Positions 48,291 to 58,699 of a stretch of 64,000 nucleotides of DNA are shown piece by piece. Source of the DNA: Candidatus Thorarchaeota archaeon (lineage in GTDB: Archaea; Asgardarchaeota; Thorarchaeia; Thorarchaeales; Thorarchaeaceae). Positions within the stretch are counted from its first letter, which is position 1. Each line of letters begins with the position of its first letter. The stretch is from contig JBHLQH010000007.1 of assembly GCA_048884965.1 (NCBI GenBank), positions 1 through 64,000 on the forward strand, given 5' to 3'. Made by a program: the position numbers and the translations under genes. The notes under the pieces were generated by a model that was not told where the DNA came from, did no database searches, and saw nothing but the letters and a program-made list of their open reading frames with translations.

Positions 48291-49586
48291 CTACATATGT
48301 ATCAAAGCTGCATCAGGAACTTCTTGAAAGATTTCTCTAGCGGCGCGTCCAACTTTTGCTCTATGACGGTCATAGGTATACACCCTAATCACATCCAGAT
48401 ACACTTTCATCATTTGGGCAATGTTTGAGAACTCGGATAGATTTCGCTGAACTCTTTTGCCCTCAATCACCTCAAAGATACTAATTTCCATTGGATCAAT
48501 TTGATGAGGATTATATGGAACTGAAGGAAGAGTTGGTACATCAACAATTACCTCATCTGCGGGTACCTTAGCGATAGATGCTATCTCATCTTGAATGCTC
48601 TCACGGACTCGTTTCTTCGTAAGAACCTTGGACACAAAGCGGTCTTCGGTATGCAATACTTTCTCAAAGGCAGATTTGTAAAGAACTCTAGAATCGAGCA
48701 TATTCATCATTGTTGACGCTTCTCTTGCATCATCAGATTCAGTGGGGTCTATCCTTCGAATTCGCGAAACCAATGACATATCATCCAGAGCTAGAAACTC
48801 CTCGGGAGTGGAAAAAGCTGTCAAATTAAGAACTCTATCGGCTGCAGAAATTAGCTTGATTAACATCACTTCAACACTGCGAACTGTTTTATGATAATAC
48901 ACATTCAAAAACATCTCATATCGTGCAACAAGAAATGACTCTAAAGCGCCTCTTGCCGCTAGATCAAAGTGCATTTCATAATCCTTTGAAATTTCGATAC
49001 TTGCTATTAGACGGTGAATATCTACAAGTCCATAGTTGACACCACAGTAAAAGGAATCTCGTATCAAATAATCCATTTTGTCAGAATCTACTTGTCCGGC
49101 AACAATACCACTAACGACACTATCCTTTTCTTTTTTCCTCCGGCCTCGCACCAAATCTGCAATTCTGTTTTTATCAATCCCACCGTCTTCTATTATTTCC
49201 CCTACAATGCTCTCCTTGATTATCCATTCTGTAACGTCTTCGTGATTCTTACCTTGTCGTTCAATCAAAGGTTCCTCAAAGACATGGCTGAATGGCCCGT
49301 GGCCCAAATCGTGAAGTAGACCTGCCAGTCTTACTTCTTGCAATACATCTTCTCCGAAACCAATCTGTCCAAGAAGCCTTCTTCCAACTAAGCCAGCTAA
49401 ATACATGGCACCGATACAGTGCCCAAAGCGGGTATGCTCTGCAGTAGGATAGACATAGTGTGCTCCAGATAGTTGCTTGATTCTTCTCAATCGTTGGTAT
49501 GGCTCAGAATTGATTATCTTTGCTTCCAAATCCGTCAAACCGATGAAACCGTGTACAGGGTCGTTTATTTCCATATTAAAGTCCAC
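48291..49586 (-). CDS. HD-domain phosphohydrolase (dNTP triphosphohydrolase/SAMHD1-like)
   Basis: DPVHG, QRLRRIKQL, HTRF.H, LLHDLGHGPFSH, DKMDYL.RD, VYYHK. Confidence 0.92.
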   Translation of the reverse strand: MDFNMEINDPVHGFIGLTDLEAKIINSEPYQRLRRIKQLSGAHYVYPTAEHTRFGHCIGAMYLAGLVGRRLLGQIGFGEDVLQEVRLAGLLHDLGHGPFSHVFEEPLIERQGKNHEDVTEWIIKESIVGEIIEDGGIDKNRIADLVRGRRKKEKDSVVSGIVAGQVDSDKMDYLIRDSFYCGVNYGLVDIHRLIASIEISKDYEMHFDLAARGALESFLVARYEMFLNVYYHKTVRSVEVMLIKLISAADRVLNLTAFSTPEEFLALDDMSLVSRIRRIDPTESDDAREASTMMNMLDSRVLYKSAFEKVLHTEDRFVSKVLTKKRVRESIQDEIASIAKVPADEVIVDVPTLPSVPYNPHQIDPMEISIFEVIEGKRVQRNLSEFSNIAQMMKVYLDVIRVYTYDRHRAKVGRAAREIFQEVPDAALIHM

Positions 49587-49608
49587 TTTGATTCACCAAT
49601 ACCAATTC

Positions 49609-50349
49609 TTATGGAGGGTCGAATGTTCTTAGCTCCTTTATTAGCTCATTAGGATTTTGTATACTCGAAACGCACAAAGGAATATGGATACTATCTGCGA
49701 TTTTAACAGCTAAGGGGTCCAATTCGTTCACACCCTGTAGGATTACAACAGCAGGCTTTACTGCTACAGATGTGCCTATCTGACTCGCCTTTATCGCAAC
49801 CATAGGAGACCTTCCTGTGGTAACATTGGTCAAGATAGCAGCTCTTTGAGTTGTACCTCCATATAGTCTAAGCAATTGTTGAGGAGTGAGAGTTACGATT
49901 GCCTTCACACTATCTAATGCTGTATATCCGTAAATATCTCGATCCAACAGACTTTTGTGAGTTAATACCTTGCAATCCAGTTTTTCGACTAGAAATCGTG
50001 CAGGAATAGGAACACCAAATTCACGGCTATCCAAAATGGCCTCTGAAGCAATCTCGGGAGTGACGAGCTTCTCCAATGCCATTGCAATCCTCCCACCATT
50101 TGCTGCATCCATTTCAATAAGACCCTCTACAAAACGTTTGATGGTTTCCACCCGTGGAGATTTGCGTCTGCCACTCTCATAGTCGCTTATCACTGAGGGC
50201 GATACATCAAGATGCTTTGCCAAATCCTTCTGGGAAATTTGAAAGCGCTCACGCCAACGTTTCATCACAGCGCCAGGATCATTCTCCGAAAGGCAAATTT
50301 CCCCAGCCATATTCTCTGCTAGTCTTTGGATTGCCTCACTTTGGTCCAT
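49609..50349 (-). CDS. Archaeal XRE-HTH transcriptional regulator (COG1709-like)
   Basis: AGEICLS..PG, SPSVISDYESGRRKSP, GYTALDS, TNVTTGRSPMVAI. Confidence 0.85.
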   Translation of the reverse strand: MDQSEAIQRLAENMAGEICLSENDPGAVMKRWRERFQISQKDLAKHLDVSPSVISDYESGRRKSPRVETIKRFVEGLIEMDAANGGRIAMALEKLVTPEIASEAILDSREFGVPIPARFLVEKLDCKVLTHKSLLDRDIYGYTALDSVKAIVTLTPQQLLRLYGGTTQRAAILTNVTTGRSPMVAIKASQIGTSVAVKPAVVILQGVNELDPLAVKIADSIHIPLCVSSIQNPNELIKELRTFDPP

Positions 50350-50477
50350 GGGATGAAAATTCTCTGTTTACTGATAAGACTTGTTGCAATACCGTCATCA
50401 TAATTCGTCAAGTGACGAAAATATGCTTTGCTGGATGTACCAAAGAACTCAAAGCGCATCGTATTCTCTTTTTCTCT

Positions 50478-51242
50478 ATGTTCTTCATGTTCGTTGTTGG
50501 TACTGCAGGTTCTGGAAAATCCCTTCTTACATCATCTTTGGAGGAATGGCTGGTTTCTTCTGAGATCAGTGTTTCAGTGGTCAATCTTGATCCAGGTGTA
50601 GAATCGCCTCCGTATACCTCTGATGTGGATATTCGAAGCTATGTTGATTATGGAGAAATTATGCAGCAATTTAGTCTTGGCCCAAATGGTGCCTTGGTTG
50701 CGTCACTTGATATGGCGGTAGGGCATGTTAATGATATCCGAGAAGAGATAAATGATCTTGGACGTGATTATGTCATTGTCGACTGCCCAGGTCAAATGGA
50801 ACTCTTTGCGTACCGCAATTCGGGGCCCCTAATGGTTTCTGGACTGAGAGGGAAAAATTCAGCATTGTCGCTATACTTACTCGATTCTAATATTGCAAGA
50901 GTGCCTTCGGGATATCTTTCTTCTTTGCTACTAGGAATGTCTATCAATATTCGCTTTGGGTTGCCTCAACTCAATTTGTTAAGTAAGACAGATATCCTAT
51001 CTGAAGATGAGGTTGAGGAGATAATAGATTGGTCAACTGACCCCTATCTTTTAGAAGAAGCGCTAGATGCTTCCTCAAGTGGGCTTGTCCGAGAGTTTTC
51101 TTCATCGATTCTAAGAATGCTAGAGGACATTGGTGACGGCCCAAGTGTCATTCCGATTTCAGGAAAACAAGTCACAGGCTTTGAAACACTCTATGGTGAA
51201 TTTCAACGAATCTTTCTAGGTGGAGATAATCTATACGAGTGA
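50478..51242 (+). CDS. GPN-loop GTPase (probable start at 50478)
   Basis: GTAGSGKS, NLDPG, LGPNG, DCPGQMELF, SKTD. Confidence 0.92.
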   Translation: MFFMFVVGTAGSGKSLLTSSLEEWLVSSEISVSVVNLDPGVESPPYTSDVDIRSYVDYGEIMQQFSLGPNGALVASLDMAVGHVNDIREEINDLGRDYVIVDCPGQMELFAYRNSGPLMVSGLRGKNSALSLYLLDSNIARVPSGYLSSLLLGMSINIRFGLPQLNLLSKTDILSEDEVEEIIDWSTDPYLLEEALDASSSGLVREFSSSILRMLEDIGDGPSVIPISGKQVTGFETLYGEFQRIFLGGDNLYE

Positions 51243-52278
51243 TGATTTGTTGCCATACTTCTGTGTATTTCTACTTGGAGATAATATTCCTCTTGCAATG
51301 GCAGAAATAGAGTCACTCGTGAATCTAGTAGATGAATCTAATTTCATTAGATGGAAAGGTCGTTTTGGTATTATAAGTTGCAACAAGGACCCAGCTTCCT
51401 TGTTGGTCGATAGAGCAGTACTGCTAAGAGAAACGGGTAAGCTTCTTATTTCGAGTGAGAATGTTTCTACACTTGAAGAGGAATTAGAAGACATTGAGAT
51501 TTCTGGTGCGACTTCAAACTCAGCAGAAACACGATTTGCAGTCAAAGTACAGGATATGGATTCGACCCTGAAATCTGGTGAAAAGGACCTGTTAGCATCA
51601 ATTATTGGGAAACGGATTGTCGATATGACAAAATGGAGCGTTTCGCTGAAACACCCTAATCGCGTCTTCACTCTCTTTGTTGGAAAAAACTCATGCTACC
51701 TTTCTGAGTCATCTTCTTCCCGATTATTCAAGGATCTGGAACAAACAGGTAGAAACAAGAGGTCTTTCTTTCACCCAAGTATGATGAATGCAGTTCTTGC
51801 TAGAGTCATGTGTAATATTGCTGGAACCCTTCCATCACATACTTTGCTCGATCCGTTTTGTGGAGCAGGAGGGATTCTTGTAGAAGGGGGTAAGATTGGA
51901 CTAAAACTCATAGGAATTGACACAAGTTGGCAGCTTCTTAATGGGGCTAGACAAAATCTCCAATCCATCTCCTGTTCCGATTTCAATCTGATTCAAGGTG
52001 ATTCTCAGAATCCTCCATTGTCTAGTATTGACTACATTGTGACTGATCCACCATACGGACGCACCAGTTCCACTCATGGAACTGAAACAGCCGAGTTGGT
52101 AGGTAGTTTCATATCACATCTGATCGATTGGGAACCCACTCCCGTCATCTGTATTTGCGGGGATGCAAAAATGAAGCTTGGCTCTCTATTCACTCATCAA
52201 GGAGGGCATATTCAATATCAGATACCTATTCCCGTTCATCGAAGTTTAACAAGAGAGGTCATTCGAGTTGTTTTCTAG
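51220..52278 (+). CDS. tRNA m2G10 methyltransferase Trm11/TrmG10-like (THUMP + MTase)
   Basis: FFHPS, LDPFCGAGG, TDPPYGR, VHRSLTR. Confidence 0.85.
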   Translation: MEIIYTSDDLLPYFCVFLLGDNIPLAMAEIESLVNLVDESNFIRWKGRFGIISCNKDPASLLVDRAVLLRETGKLLISSENVSTLEEELEDIEISGATSNSAETRFAVKVQDMDSTLKSGEKDLLASIIGKRIVDMTKWSVSLKHPNRVFTLFVGKNSCYLSESSSSRLFKDLEQTGRNKRSFFHPSMMNAVLARVMCNIAGTLPSHTLLDPFCGAGGILVEGGKIGLKLIGIDTSWQLLNGARQNLQSISCSDFNLIQGDSQNPPLSSIDYIVTDPPYGRTSSTHGTETAELVGSFISHLIDWEPTPVICICGDAKMKLGSLFTHQGGHIQYQIPIPVHRSLTREVIRVVF

Positions 52279-52697
52279 TTCCGAACTATCTTTCCATCCT
52301 TTGTAGGTGGAGTAAACCATCTGAGGAAAGATTCGTAGATTTCATCAGATTCACAGAAAGCTGATATTTCAATATATCCAAGGGGCGGATTGTCAGATTC
52401 ATCTACCAAGTTAACCTTGCCTCTGATTGCAGCCTGTTTATCTAATCTGAATATGAACATAGTACCAGTCCAGCTTGATGCTATGACTTTTCTTGTAGCA
52501 TCAATTATCCTAGATTCGTGAATGAATGATCGCACTGCTTCAAGTGAATTGGCTTCTGAGAACTTGGTTTCAGCCCATCGTTCTCTTTCTTCATCTATCA
52601 GGGTAAAAGATAAGCTCGGAAAATAGGTATGCAATGACTTTAGAATCAACTCTGAGTTTTCAGTTGGGAAAATAGGACATCTTATAGAAAATTTCAT
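52275..52697 (-). CDS. UPF0201/DUF54 RNA-binding protein
   Basis: PIFPTE, LDKQAA..GKVN, PLG.I, WFTPPTKDGK. Confidence 0.85.
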   Translation of the reverse strand: MKFSIRCPIFPTENSELILKSLHTYFPSLSFTLIDEERERWAETKFSEANSLEAVRSFIHESRIIDATRKVIASSWTGTMFIFRLDKQAAIRGKVNLVDESDNPPLGYIEISAFCESDEIYESFLRWFTPPTKDGKIVRN

Positions 52698-53237
52698 TCA
52701 AAGAAACCTCTCCACAATCTCTTTAGATTTCACTTGCATTTCTTCAATACTTGACTCATTTATAATCATAATATCACTTAGAGCAATTACTCCTCCCAAA
52801 CCCACGGATATCTCTCTGATGTCCCGTTCTCGGAATACATTCCATTCAGGAGGTGCGTCTTTTCGAGCTCTATCTTTCAATCGTTGAAATCTTAGAGAGG
52901 GTGAAGCGTGTACACCAATTATGGTAGTCCTTTTGGCGTAATCATCGAAGACATCAATCTCTGCAATACTTCTACATCCTTCAATGACTATTGTAGGCGA
53001 TAAAACCGTCCTTAGCTCTTGGACGCAACGTAATGCTACTGCTCCAGGTCCATCTATTTCTCTGAGTTCGAGCATGACCTTCTTTGTATTTGTTGGGTTA
53101 GGTTCCAGACCTCTTTGCTGTGTTTCGGTTCTTATAACATCACCCATGACAATTACTGGTATTCCAGCTTCTCGAAATGCGTCTGCCAACACTCCTTTAC
53201 CTGCGCCAGGCATACCGGTAATTATTACCAAATTCAT
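52698..53237 (-). CDS. UPF0200 nucleotide kinase (dephospho-CoA kinase-like)
   Basis: ITGMPGAGK, MGDVIR, EGCRS, RD.RE..G. Confidence 0.85.
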   Translation of the reverse strand: MNLVIITGMPGAGKGVLADAFREAGIPVIVMGDVIRTETQQRGLEPNPTNTKKVMLELREIDGPGAVALRCVQELRTVLSPTIVIEGCRSIAEIDVFDDYAKRTTIIGVHASPSLRFQRLKDRARKDAPPEWNVFRERDIREISVGLGGVIALSDIMIINESSIEEMQVKSKEIVERFL

Positions 53238-53272
53238 TTTCTTGCATCCCTTTACAAAGTAGTCCCTTTCTA

Positions 53273-54400
53273 TTACACTGTGTAATCGGGTGCCTTTCTT
53301 GTTCCTATGGCTTCTATTATCTTTACCACGTCACTGAGAGAAATTCTGGATTTATCTTCAGATATAGCATTATGCAATGCCTCCTTAAGGACCCTATCCC
53401 TCAGATCGCGACCAGAAAATCCATCAGTGATCGCAACCAAATCTTGGAGTTTGAAATCTATGGGCAAAGGCAGTCTTTTTGTGTAGAGATCGAGTATCTT
53501 CTGGCGTTCATCTGCTGTGGGTAGCAAGAATTGGAATGAAGAGTCAAATCTGCTTCGTATTGCTGCATCAATTAGTAAAAGGGCGTTTGTTGCGCCGATT
53601 ACAACTACACCAGAGCTTTCGTCGGTTCGATCCAATTCAGCTAGAAGTGCAGTGACTACTTCGGAAACATCGCCTCGAATTGATTGAAACGACCGTGCTA
53701 ATCCGATTGCGTCTAGCTCATCTATAAAGACAATAGAAGGCGCAATTTTCCTTGCTTCTTCAAATAATGCACTGATTCGACGTCCCCCATCGCCAACATG
53801 GGTTCCAATCAAATCTGAAGCCTTGGTAGAAATGATTTGTGCATCGGCCTCATGAGCAAGTGCTTTGGCCATCAATGTTTTACCAGTGCCAGGAGGACCA
53901 AAGAATAATACAGCGCGTGGCGCCCATTCCCCAAATTTCGATGGGTCGCCAAGATATTTCAAAATAACCCTGCATTTTCTTTTCACTGATTCGTGCCCAA
54001 TAACATCATCAAGTCCGAGCACGGGACCTGGAATCTCTGAGCTATGTGATGTCGATTGTAGGATAATCTCAGTATTTCGCGTAATTACGGATTCGGGAGG
54101 GTCTATCTCTACGACTTGAAAAGCAAAATCAGGCATAACGTATCTGTCAAAGAGATACATATCTTTACGTATGACACTACCTGCCCATTGCTCTTTAGCA
54201 TAGTCTGCAAAGAGCTCCTCATTGTCAATCTCCAGACCAGCAGGCTTCGGATCTCCTTTAATCCTAAAGGGATATCCTATATCTCGAATTAGAACCGTTC
54301 TTGCCTCGGGAACCTCAATGCTACGTTTCCTCTCAGATTTTTGACTAGTTTCTCGAGAGGTGACAGGTAAGTCCAGTCCCGAGTCCTTACGCTTCTTCAA
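53273..54400 (-). CDS. Archaeal AAA+ ATPase (COG1223-like)
   Basis: EQW.G N-domain, GEWAPR, GPPGTGKT, FIDELD, RGDVSEVV, SGRDL. Confidence 0.9.
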   Translation of the reverse strand: MKKRKDSGLDLPVTSRETSQKSERKRSIEVPEARTVLIRDIGYPFRIKGDPKPAGLEIDNEELFADYAKEQWAGSVIRKDMYLFDRYVMPDFAFQVVEIDPPESVITRNTEIILQSTSHSSEIPGPVLGLDDVIGHESVKRKCRVILKYLGDPSKFGEWAPRAVLFFGPPGTGKTLMAKALAHEADAQIISTKASDLIGTHVGDGGRRISALFEEARKIAPSIVFIDELDAIGLARSFQSIRGDVSEVVTALLAELDRTDESSGVVVIGATNALLLIDAAIRSRFDSSFQFLLPTADERQKILDLYTKRLPLPIDFKLQDLVAITDGFSGRDLRDRVLKEALHNAISEDKSRISLSDVVKIIEAIGTRKAPDYTV

Positions 54401-54500
54401 CTGATGTATTTCACCACTTCGACCTTTTCTGAAAACGCTTTAAGACTTATCTTAGAGCAAAGCCTAATTTGGATATCAATGATACCATGTTTTTGGAGAG

Positions 54501-55076
54501 ATGCTAATAGTGAGTGATGTTCTTCGAGTCTTCCTCAGTATCGATATCGATGATAAAACATTGCTTTCTAAAGTAAAGGAGATTCAGTCCAAATTAGACA
54601 GAGATTCTGCAAAAATGAAACTAGTAGAGGAGGAGAATATCCATTTCACATGGAGATTCTTTGGAGATACTCCATCTAGGAAGATAGATTCGATTTATTC
54701 TGAGATGTCTAAATTGGAGCACTCATCATTTGACATACAAATTCAAGGCGTTGGAGCATTTCCAAACATCCGACACCCACGAGTTATTTGGATTGGAGTC
54801 ACTGATAATGAACAGCAAATGCAGCAATTAAAGTCTGAAACCGATCTATTGCTATCTAATGTTGGATACAATATCGAGAAACAGAAATTCACACCTCATG
54901 CTACTATTGCTCGAGTGCGTTTTGTGAAGGATAAGGACAGGTTATTTCGTTGCTTGGAAGCACTTGAACCCGAAAGGATCGGTTCCATGAAAGTAGATAC
55001 AATTCGACTAACAAAGAGTACGTTGACTTCATCTGGACCTATCTACGAAACATTATGGGAAATTCCACTTGAATGA
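54501..55076 (+). CDS. thpR: RNA 2',3'-cyclic phosphodiesterase / 2'-5' RNA ligase
   Basis: Two HxT motifs (HFT, HAT), GAFP..PRVIW, S.LT..GPIY. Confidence 0.92.
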   Translation: MLIVSDVLRVFLSIDIDDKTLLSKVKEIQSKLDRDSAKMKLVEEENIHFTWRFFGDTPSRKIDSIYSEMSKLEHSSFDIQIQGVGAFPNIRHPRVIWIGVTDNEQQMQQLKSETDLLLSNVGYNIEKQKFTPHATIARVRFVKDKDRLFRCLEALEPERIGSMKVDTIRLTKSTLTSSGPIYETLWEIPLE

Positions 55077-55092
55077 AGCATGGTGAAGAAAA

Positions 55093-55201
55093 TGGTGGGC
55101 AAGGGGAGATTTGAACTCCCGATCTCTTGCAGATTGTCACTTGAGGTGTAATGCCTTAAGCAGCCCCAAGCAAGAATCATACCAATCTAGACTACCTGCC
55201 C
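55093..55201 (-). tRNA. tRNA-Pro(GGG) with canonical 37/38 intron (32 nt, 55132-55163)
   Basis: GGGCAGG/CTTGCCC-A-CCA, CTTGC-TTGGGG[intron]T-GCAAG, GGGAG-TTCAAAT-CTCCC. Confidence 0.9.
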
Positions 55202-55381
55202 GTGTCGGAGCTTGTACTGATTGTACAGGCAAGAAGTTGCCTGTTATGATTTGAAGATAAACGTTACCACATAACAGCAAAATGAATCCAAATTAGAACA
55301 CGTGTTCCAAATATAGAGGGTTTATGTGTTCCTTTTTCTGTAGATTCTCCATAGCCTGTCAAATGTTCGGGTACGATAAAG

Positions 55382-56437
55382 ATGAATACAGAGATAATTT
55401 TTCACGAGCTCTTTACGAAGCATGTGCTTTCACCAGGTCATCCGGAAAGTCCTGAACGTCTTGTGGTAGCTCTTAATCAAATTAGAGAAGCAGGGATTAT
55501 TGATGGACAACAAGTAGATATTGTCAGTACTGAACCAGCCGACCTAGATGAAATTGTTCCTTTGCATGATAGGAGCTACATCGAACAGATTCGACAAAAA
55601 TCTGAGAAAGGAGGAGGGTATTTTACCTTGGATACGTCTGTGAACTCCTATACCTATGATGCTGCATTATTTGCTGCAGGTGCGGGGATTACAGCAGTTG
55701 ATCATGTGGTAAAAGGTGAGTCAAAAAATGCCTTTGTCTTATGTAGACCTCCTGGGCATCATGCTGAAAGAGATCGTGCCTTTGGTTTTTGTTTTATTAA
55801 CAATATAGCCGTTGCTGCCCAGCACCTCATTGCAAAATATGGTATTCATAGAATATTGATAGTAGATTATGATGCACATCATGGAAATGGAACGCAGAAT
55901 GCTTTCTATGATCGATCGGACGTATTGTACATCGGATTGCACCAAGATGGTCGAACACTATTTCCAGGTTCTGGTTTCCCAAATGAGATAGGATCAGGGA
56001 CAGGAGTGGGCTATAATATCAATCTCTCGATGTATCCTGGAGCTGGCGATGTTTCATTCACAATGGCATTCGATGATGTTGTCATTCCTGTTGCAGAATC
56101 ATTCAAACCTGAGTTCATCCTTGTATCCTCCGGCTTTGATGCACACTATATTGATCCTTTGACAAATCTGGGGCTAACGACATCTGGTTATGCAATGATG
56201 AATGCTAGACTTCGGGAGATTGCAGAAAGATATGCAAAAGGACATTTGGTTTACTTTCTGGAGGGCGGATATGATTTGGATGTCATGAAAATGACCTCTC
56301 AGAATCTAGTGGAAGAGCTGTCTGGAAATCCGGTCACAAGCTTTGGAGATTCGCACACGGAAAGTAGTATTTGTACTAATTATACGAAAGAGCTGATTAG
56401 TGTATTGAGAGATACTCTAGAAGGCATTCATTTCTGA
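55382..56437 (+). CDS. Histone deacetylase-family (class II-like) deacetylase
   Basis: HPESPERL, RPPGHHA, GFC, DYDAHHGNGTQ, GFDAH, LEGGY. Confidence 0.95.
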   Translation: MNTEIIFHELFTKHVLSPGHPESPERLVVALNQIREAGIIDGQQVDIVSTEPADLDEIVPLHDRSYIEQIRQKSEKGGGYFTLDTSVNSYTYDAALFAAGAGITAVDHVVKGESKNAFVLCRPPGHHAERDRAFGFCFINNIAVAAQHLIAKYGIHRILIVDYDAHHGNGTQNAFYDRSDVLYIGLHQDGRTLFPGSGFPNEIGSGTGVGYNINLSMYPGAGDVSFTMAFDDVVIPVAESFKPEFILVSSGFDAHYIDPLTNLGLTTSGYAMMNARLREIAERYAKGHLVYFLEGGYDLDVMKMTSQNLVEELSGNPVTSFGDSHTESSICTNYTKELISVLRDTLEGIHF

Positions 56438-56441
56438 GAAT

Positions 56442-58667
56442 CTAGAAATCCTCTAGAAGTGCCTGAAATGTAGTGGAATTTTCATCCTTTTCGGAGGATA
56501 CTATTTCTTCGGACGCTTCGTGATCTATATCTACACCTACTTGTTGCTTTATTGACTTGGCAATTGTGGTTCCAATTGTTGGTATTCTTGCAAGCTCTAC
56601 AAGAGGAATGTTGTATAAATCAACCAAGTTCCTTACATCATGACTAAATAGCATTCTAGCTCGAACACGTCCAATTCCTCTGAGTGTGACAAGCTCAAGA
56701 AGTTCCTTTCTCACACCGTATTTGACACGAGAACGAAGGTTTTGTAGACTAGGAAGGAACTCAGCAAGATTCAATACTCGTGCAATTTCTGCGGAGGAGT
56801 AGAGTAGCCATTCAGCAGACTGTACATAACGATGAATGTCGCCCATTCCTACATTGAATCTGTCTGTAAGTGTGTTCTCGGTTGCTTCGTTTATCCAATC
56901 AAGTAGTACATTAGTAGTCTTAGCTTCGGATAGGAATCGAGAATATCCTTCAGGGTCTTCCCAGCTATCTGGAATTGGTACAAGAAAATGATCTTCACTT
57001 GAGTCTATGAAAGCCATATTCTCTTCAACCTCACCTTTCGTTACATATGATAATGGCTGATCAATGCTATGGCAAAGCAAGTGAAGGATGCCTATGTCTG
57101 AGATTGAATCAGTGCTCTTCAGAGCATCCCTAAAGAGAATAGCTGTTGAAGGATCAATGTATAGCTTGGAGGCTCTTTGACCTAATGATGTAGCATAGTA
57201 TTGTCCAGTACTATCTGTTTCGATTAGTTCGCCATGTTCTAAAAAGTCAAGAGCAGATGTCACATGATGATCAATTTCCCATCTCTCCGATTGGTATGAG
57301 TAAAATGTTCCATCAATGAGAGAATCTATTTCAGCACGGTTTCTAGTCATTTCGGTTGCAATTGCAGAAAGTAGATGTGATTGTAGGGCTTGTTGTGATG
57401 CGAGCTTGGAAGAAATCGGCTCAGTATCAGATTGTAGGTAATAGTCTAACAAGAACTCCTGCTCTTGTTCAGTCCTAGAGAACAAAACTGCTTCTCCATA
57501 GTGGTCGTACTTGGGACGACCCGCCCTACCAGCCATTTGCTTGTATTCAAGTATAGGAATTGGATAACTACCCCTACCCTGTTCGAACCGACGATAGTCT
57601 CTGATGATTACTCTTCGTGCAGGAAGATTGACACCAGCTGCCAATGTGGGCGTTGCGACTATCACCTTTAGTAGATTCTCTTTGAAGCTGTTCTCAACAA
57701 GTAGTCGCTCCGAATTTGAAAGCCCTGCATGATGAAAAGCAACTCCTTTACTAATCAAATCCGAAAGGGTTTTTGTGGTTGATGGTACAGAAGGACCACT
57801 GTCTAACTTTTTTGAGGTTTCTGAAAGCTTGGCTAGCTCTTCTTTTCCCAGGTATGGACGTATGGATGAGGCAATGTTCTTACATACAGATATCGTAGAA
57901 CGACGAGATGAAACAAAAATCAACACTTGTCCATCTTCTTCCAGAATATCACAGGCTAGGTCAGCCAGCTCCTCCTTTCTCTTTCGTGGTACTCTTCGTT
58001 CAGTAAAGTCCTCAAACTTGATGGAACCATCCAAATAGATTCCCTCTTTGAGTTCAACTGGACGCCAAGTACTACGGACGATGTTTCCATTAAGCCATCC
58101 AGCAATATCATCAGCATTTGATATGGTTGCACTTAGAGCGACAAATTGCACCTCTGGTAGAATCTGCCTTAGCTTTGCAGTAACCATTTCTAGAGTTGGT
58201 CCTCGTGTTTGATCATTCACTAAATGTACTTCATCGATTATTATTATGCCAATATCATGAATCCACTCTGCCTGGTGGCGAATTATCGAATCTGCACGTT
58301 CGGTTGTTAGGACAATAATATCAGCTTTGCTCAAATTTGTACCTTGAGAATCAAAATCTCCCATTGATAATGCTGTTTTGATGCCAAGTGTTTCATATTT
58401 TTTGAACTCATGATATTTCTCTTGAGCCAGAGACCTTAGAGGTACAAGATACAGTGCTTTACCTTTTCCTTCGGATATCGCTTTCAGCATGCATATCTCT
58501 GCAACAAGCGTTTTTCCTGAGCTTGTGGGAATTGCCAATACAAGGTTCTTCCCATTTAGTACATCAGTCATAAGCGCTTCAGCTTGGGGCGGAAAAAGCG
58601 TAGAAATTCCAAATTCCTTTAGTAGAGTAATTATCCTTTGATTCAGGGGGATCTCTTCAATATTCGT
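56442..58667 (-). CDS. hel308: Ski2-like helicase Hel308/Hjm (N-terminus extends upstream of the tracked ATG)
   Basis: LFPPQ Q-motif, PTSSGKT, DEVH, LSAT, FHHAGL, QMAGRAGRP, C-terminal HhH GIGRVRAR. Confidence 0.93.
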   Translation of the reverse strand, partial: TNIEEIPLNQRIITLLKEFGISTLFPPQAEALMTDVLNGKNLVLAIPTSSGKTLVAEICMLKAISEGKGKALYLVPLRSLAQEKYHEFKKYETLGIKTALSMGDFDSQGTNLSKADIIVLTTERADSIIRHQAEWIHDIGIIIIDEVHLVNDQTRGPTLEMVTAKLRQILPEVQFVALSATISNADDIAGWLNGNIVRSTWRPVELKEGIYLDGSIKFEDFTERRVPRKRKEELADLACDILEEDGQVLIFVSSRRSTISVCKNIASSIRPYLGKEELAKLSETSKKLDSGPSVPSTTKTLSDLISKGVAFHHAGLSNSERLLVENSFKENLLKVIVATPTLAAGVNLPARRVIIRDYRRFEQGRGSYPIPILEYKQMAGRAGRPKYDHYGEAVLFSRTEQEQEFLLDYYLQSDTEPISSKLASQQALQSHLLSAIATEMTRNRAEIDSLIDGTFYSYQSERWEIDHHVTSALDFLEHGELIETDSTGQYYATSLGQRASKLYIDPSTAILFRDALKSTDSISDIGILHLLCHSIDQPLSYVTKGEVEENMAFIDSSEDHFLVPIPDSWEDPEGYSRFLSEAKTTNVLLDWINEATENTLTDRFNVGMGDIHRYVQSAEWLLYSSAEIARVLNLAEFLPSLQNLRSRVKYGVRKELLELVTLRGIGRVRARMLFSHDVRNLVDLYNIPLVELARIPTIGTTIAKSIKQQVGVDIDHEASEEIVSSEKDENSTTFQALLEDF

Positions 58668-58699
58668 TTCTTTTCCGCTCCAAATCGATGATTTCTATG

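Noticed and set aside
50154-50477. N-terminal extension of the GPN GTPase
   Set aside because: Antisense to the HTH regulator gene; the P-loop begins right after ATG 50478
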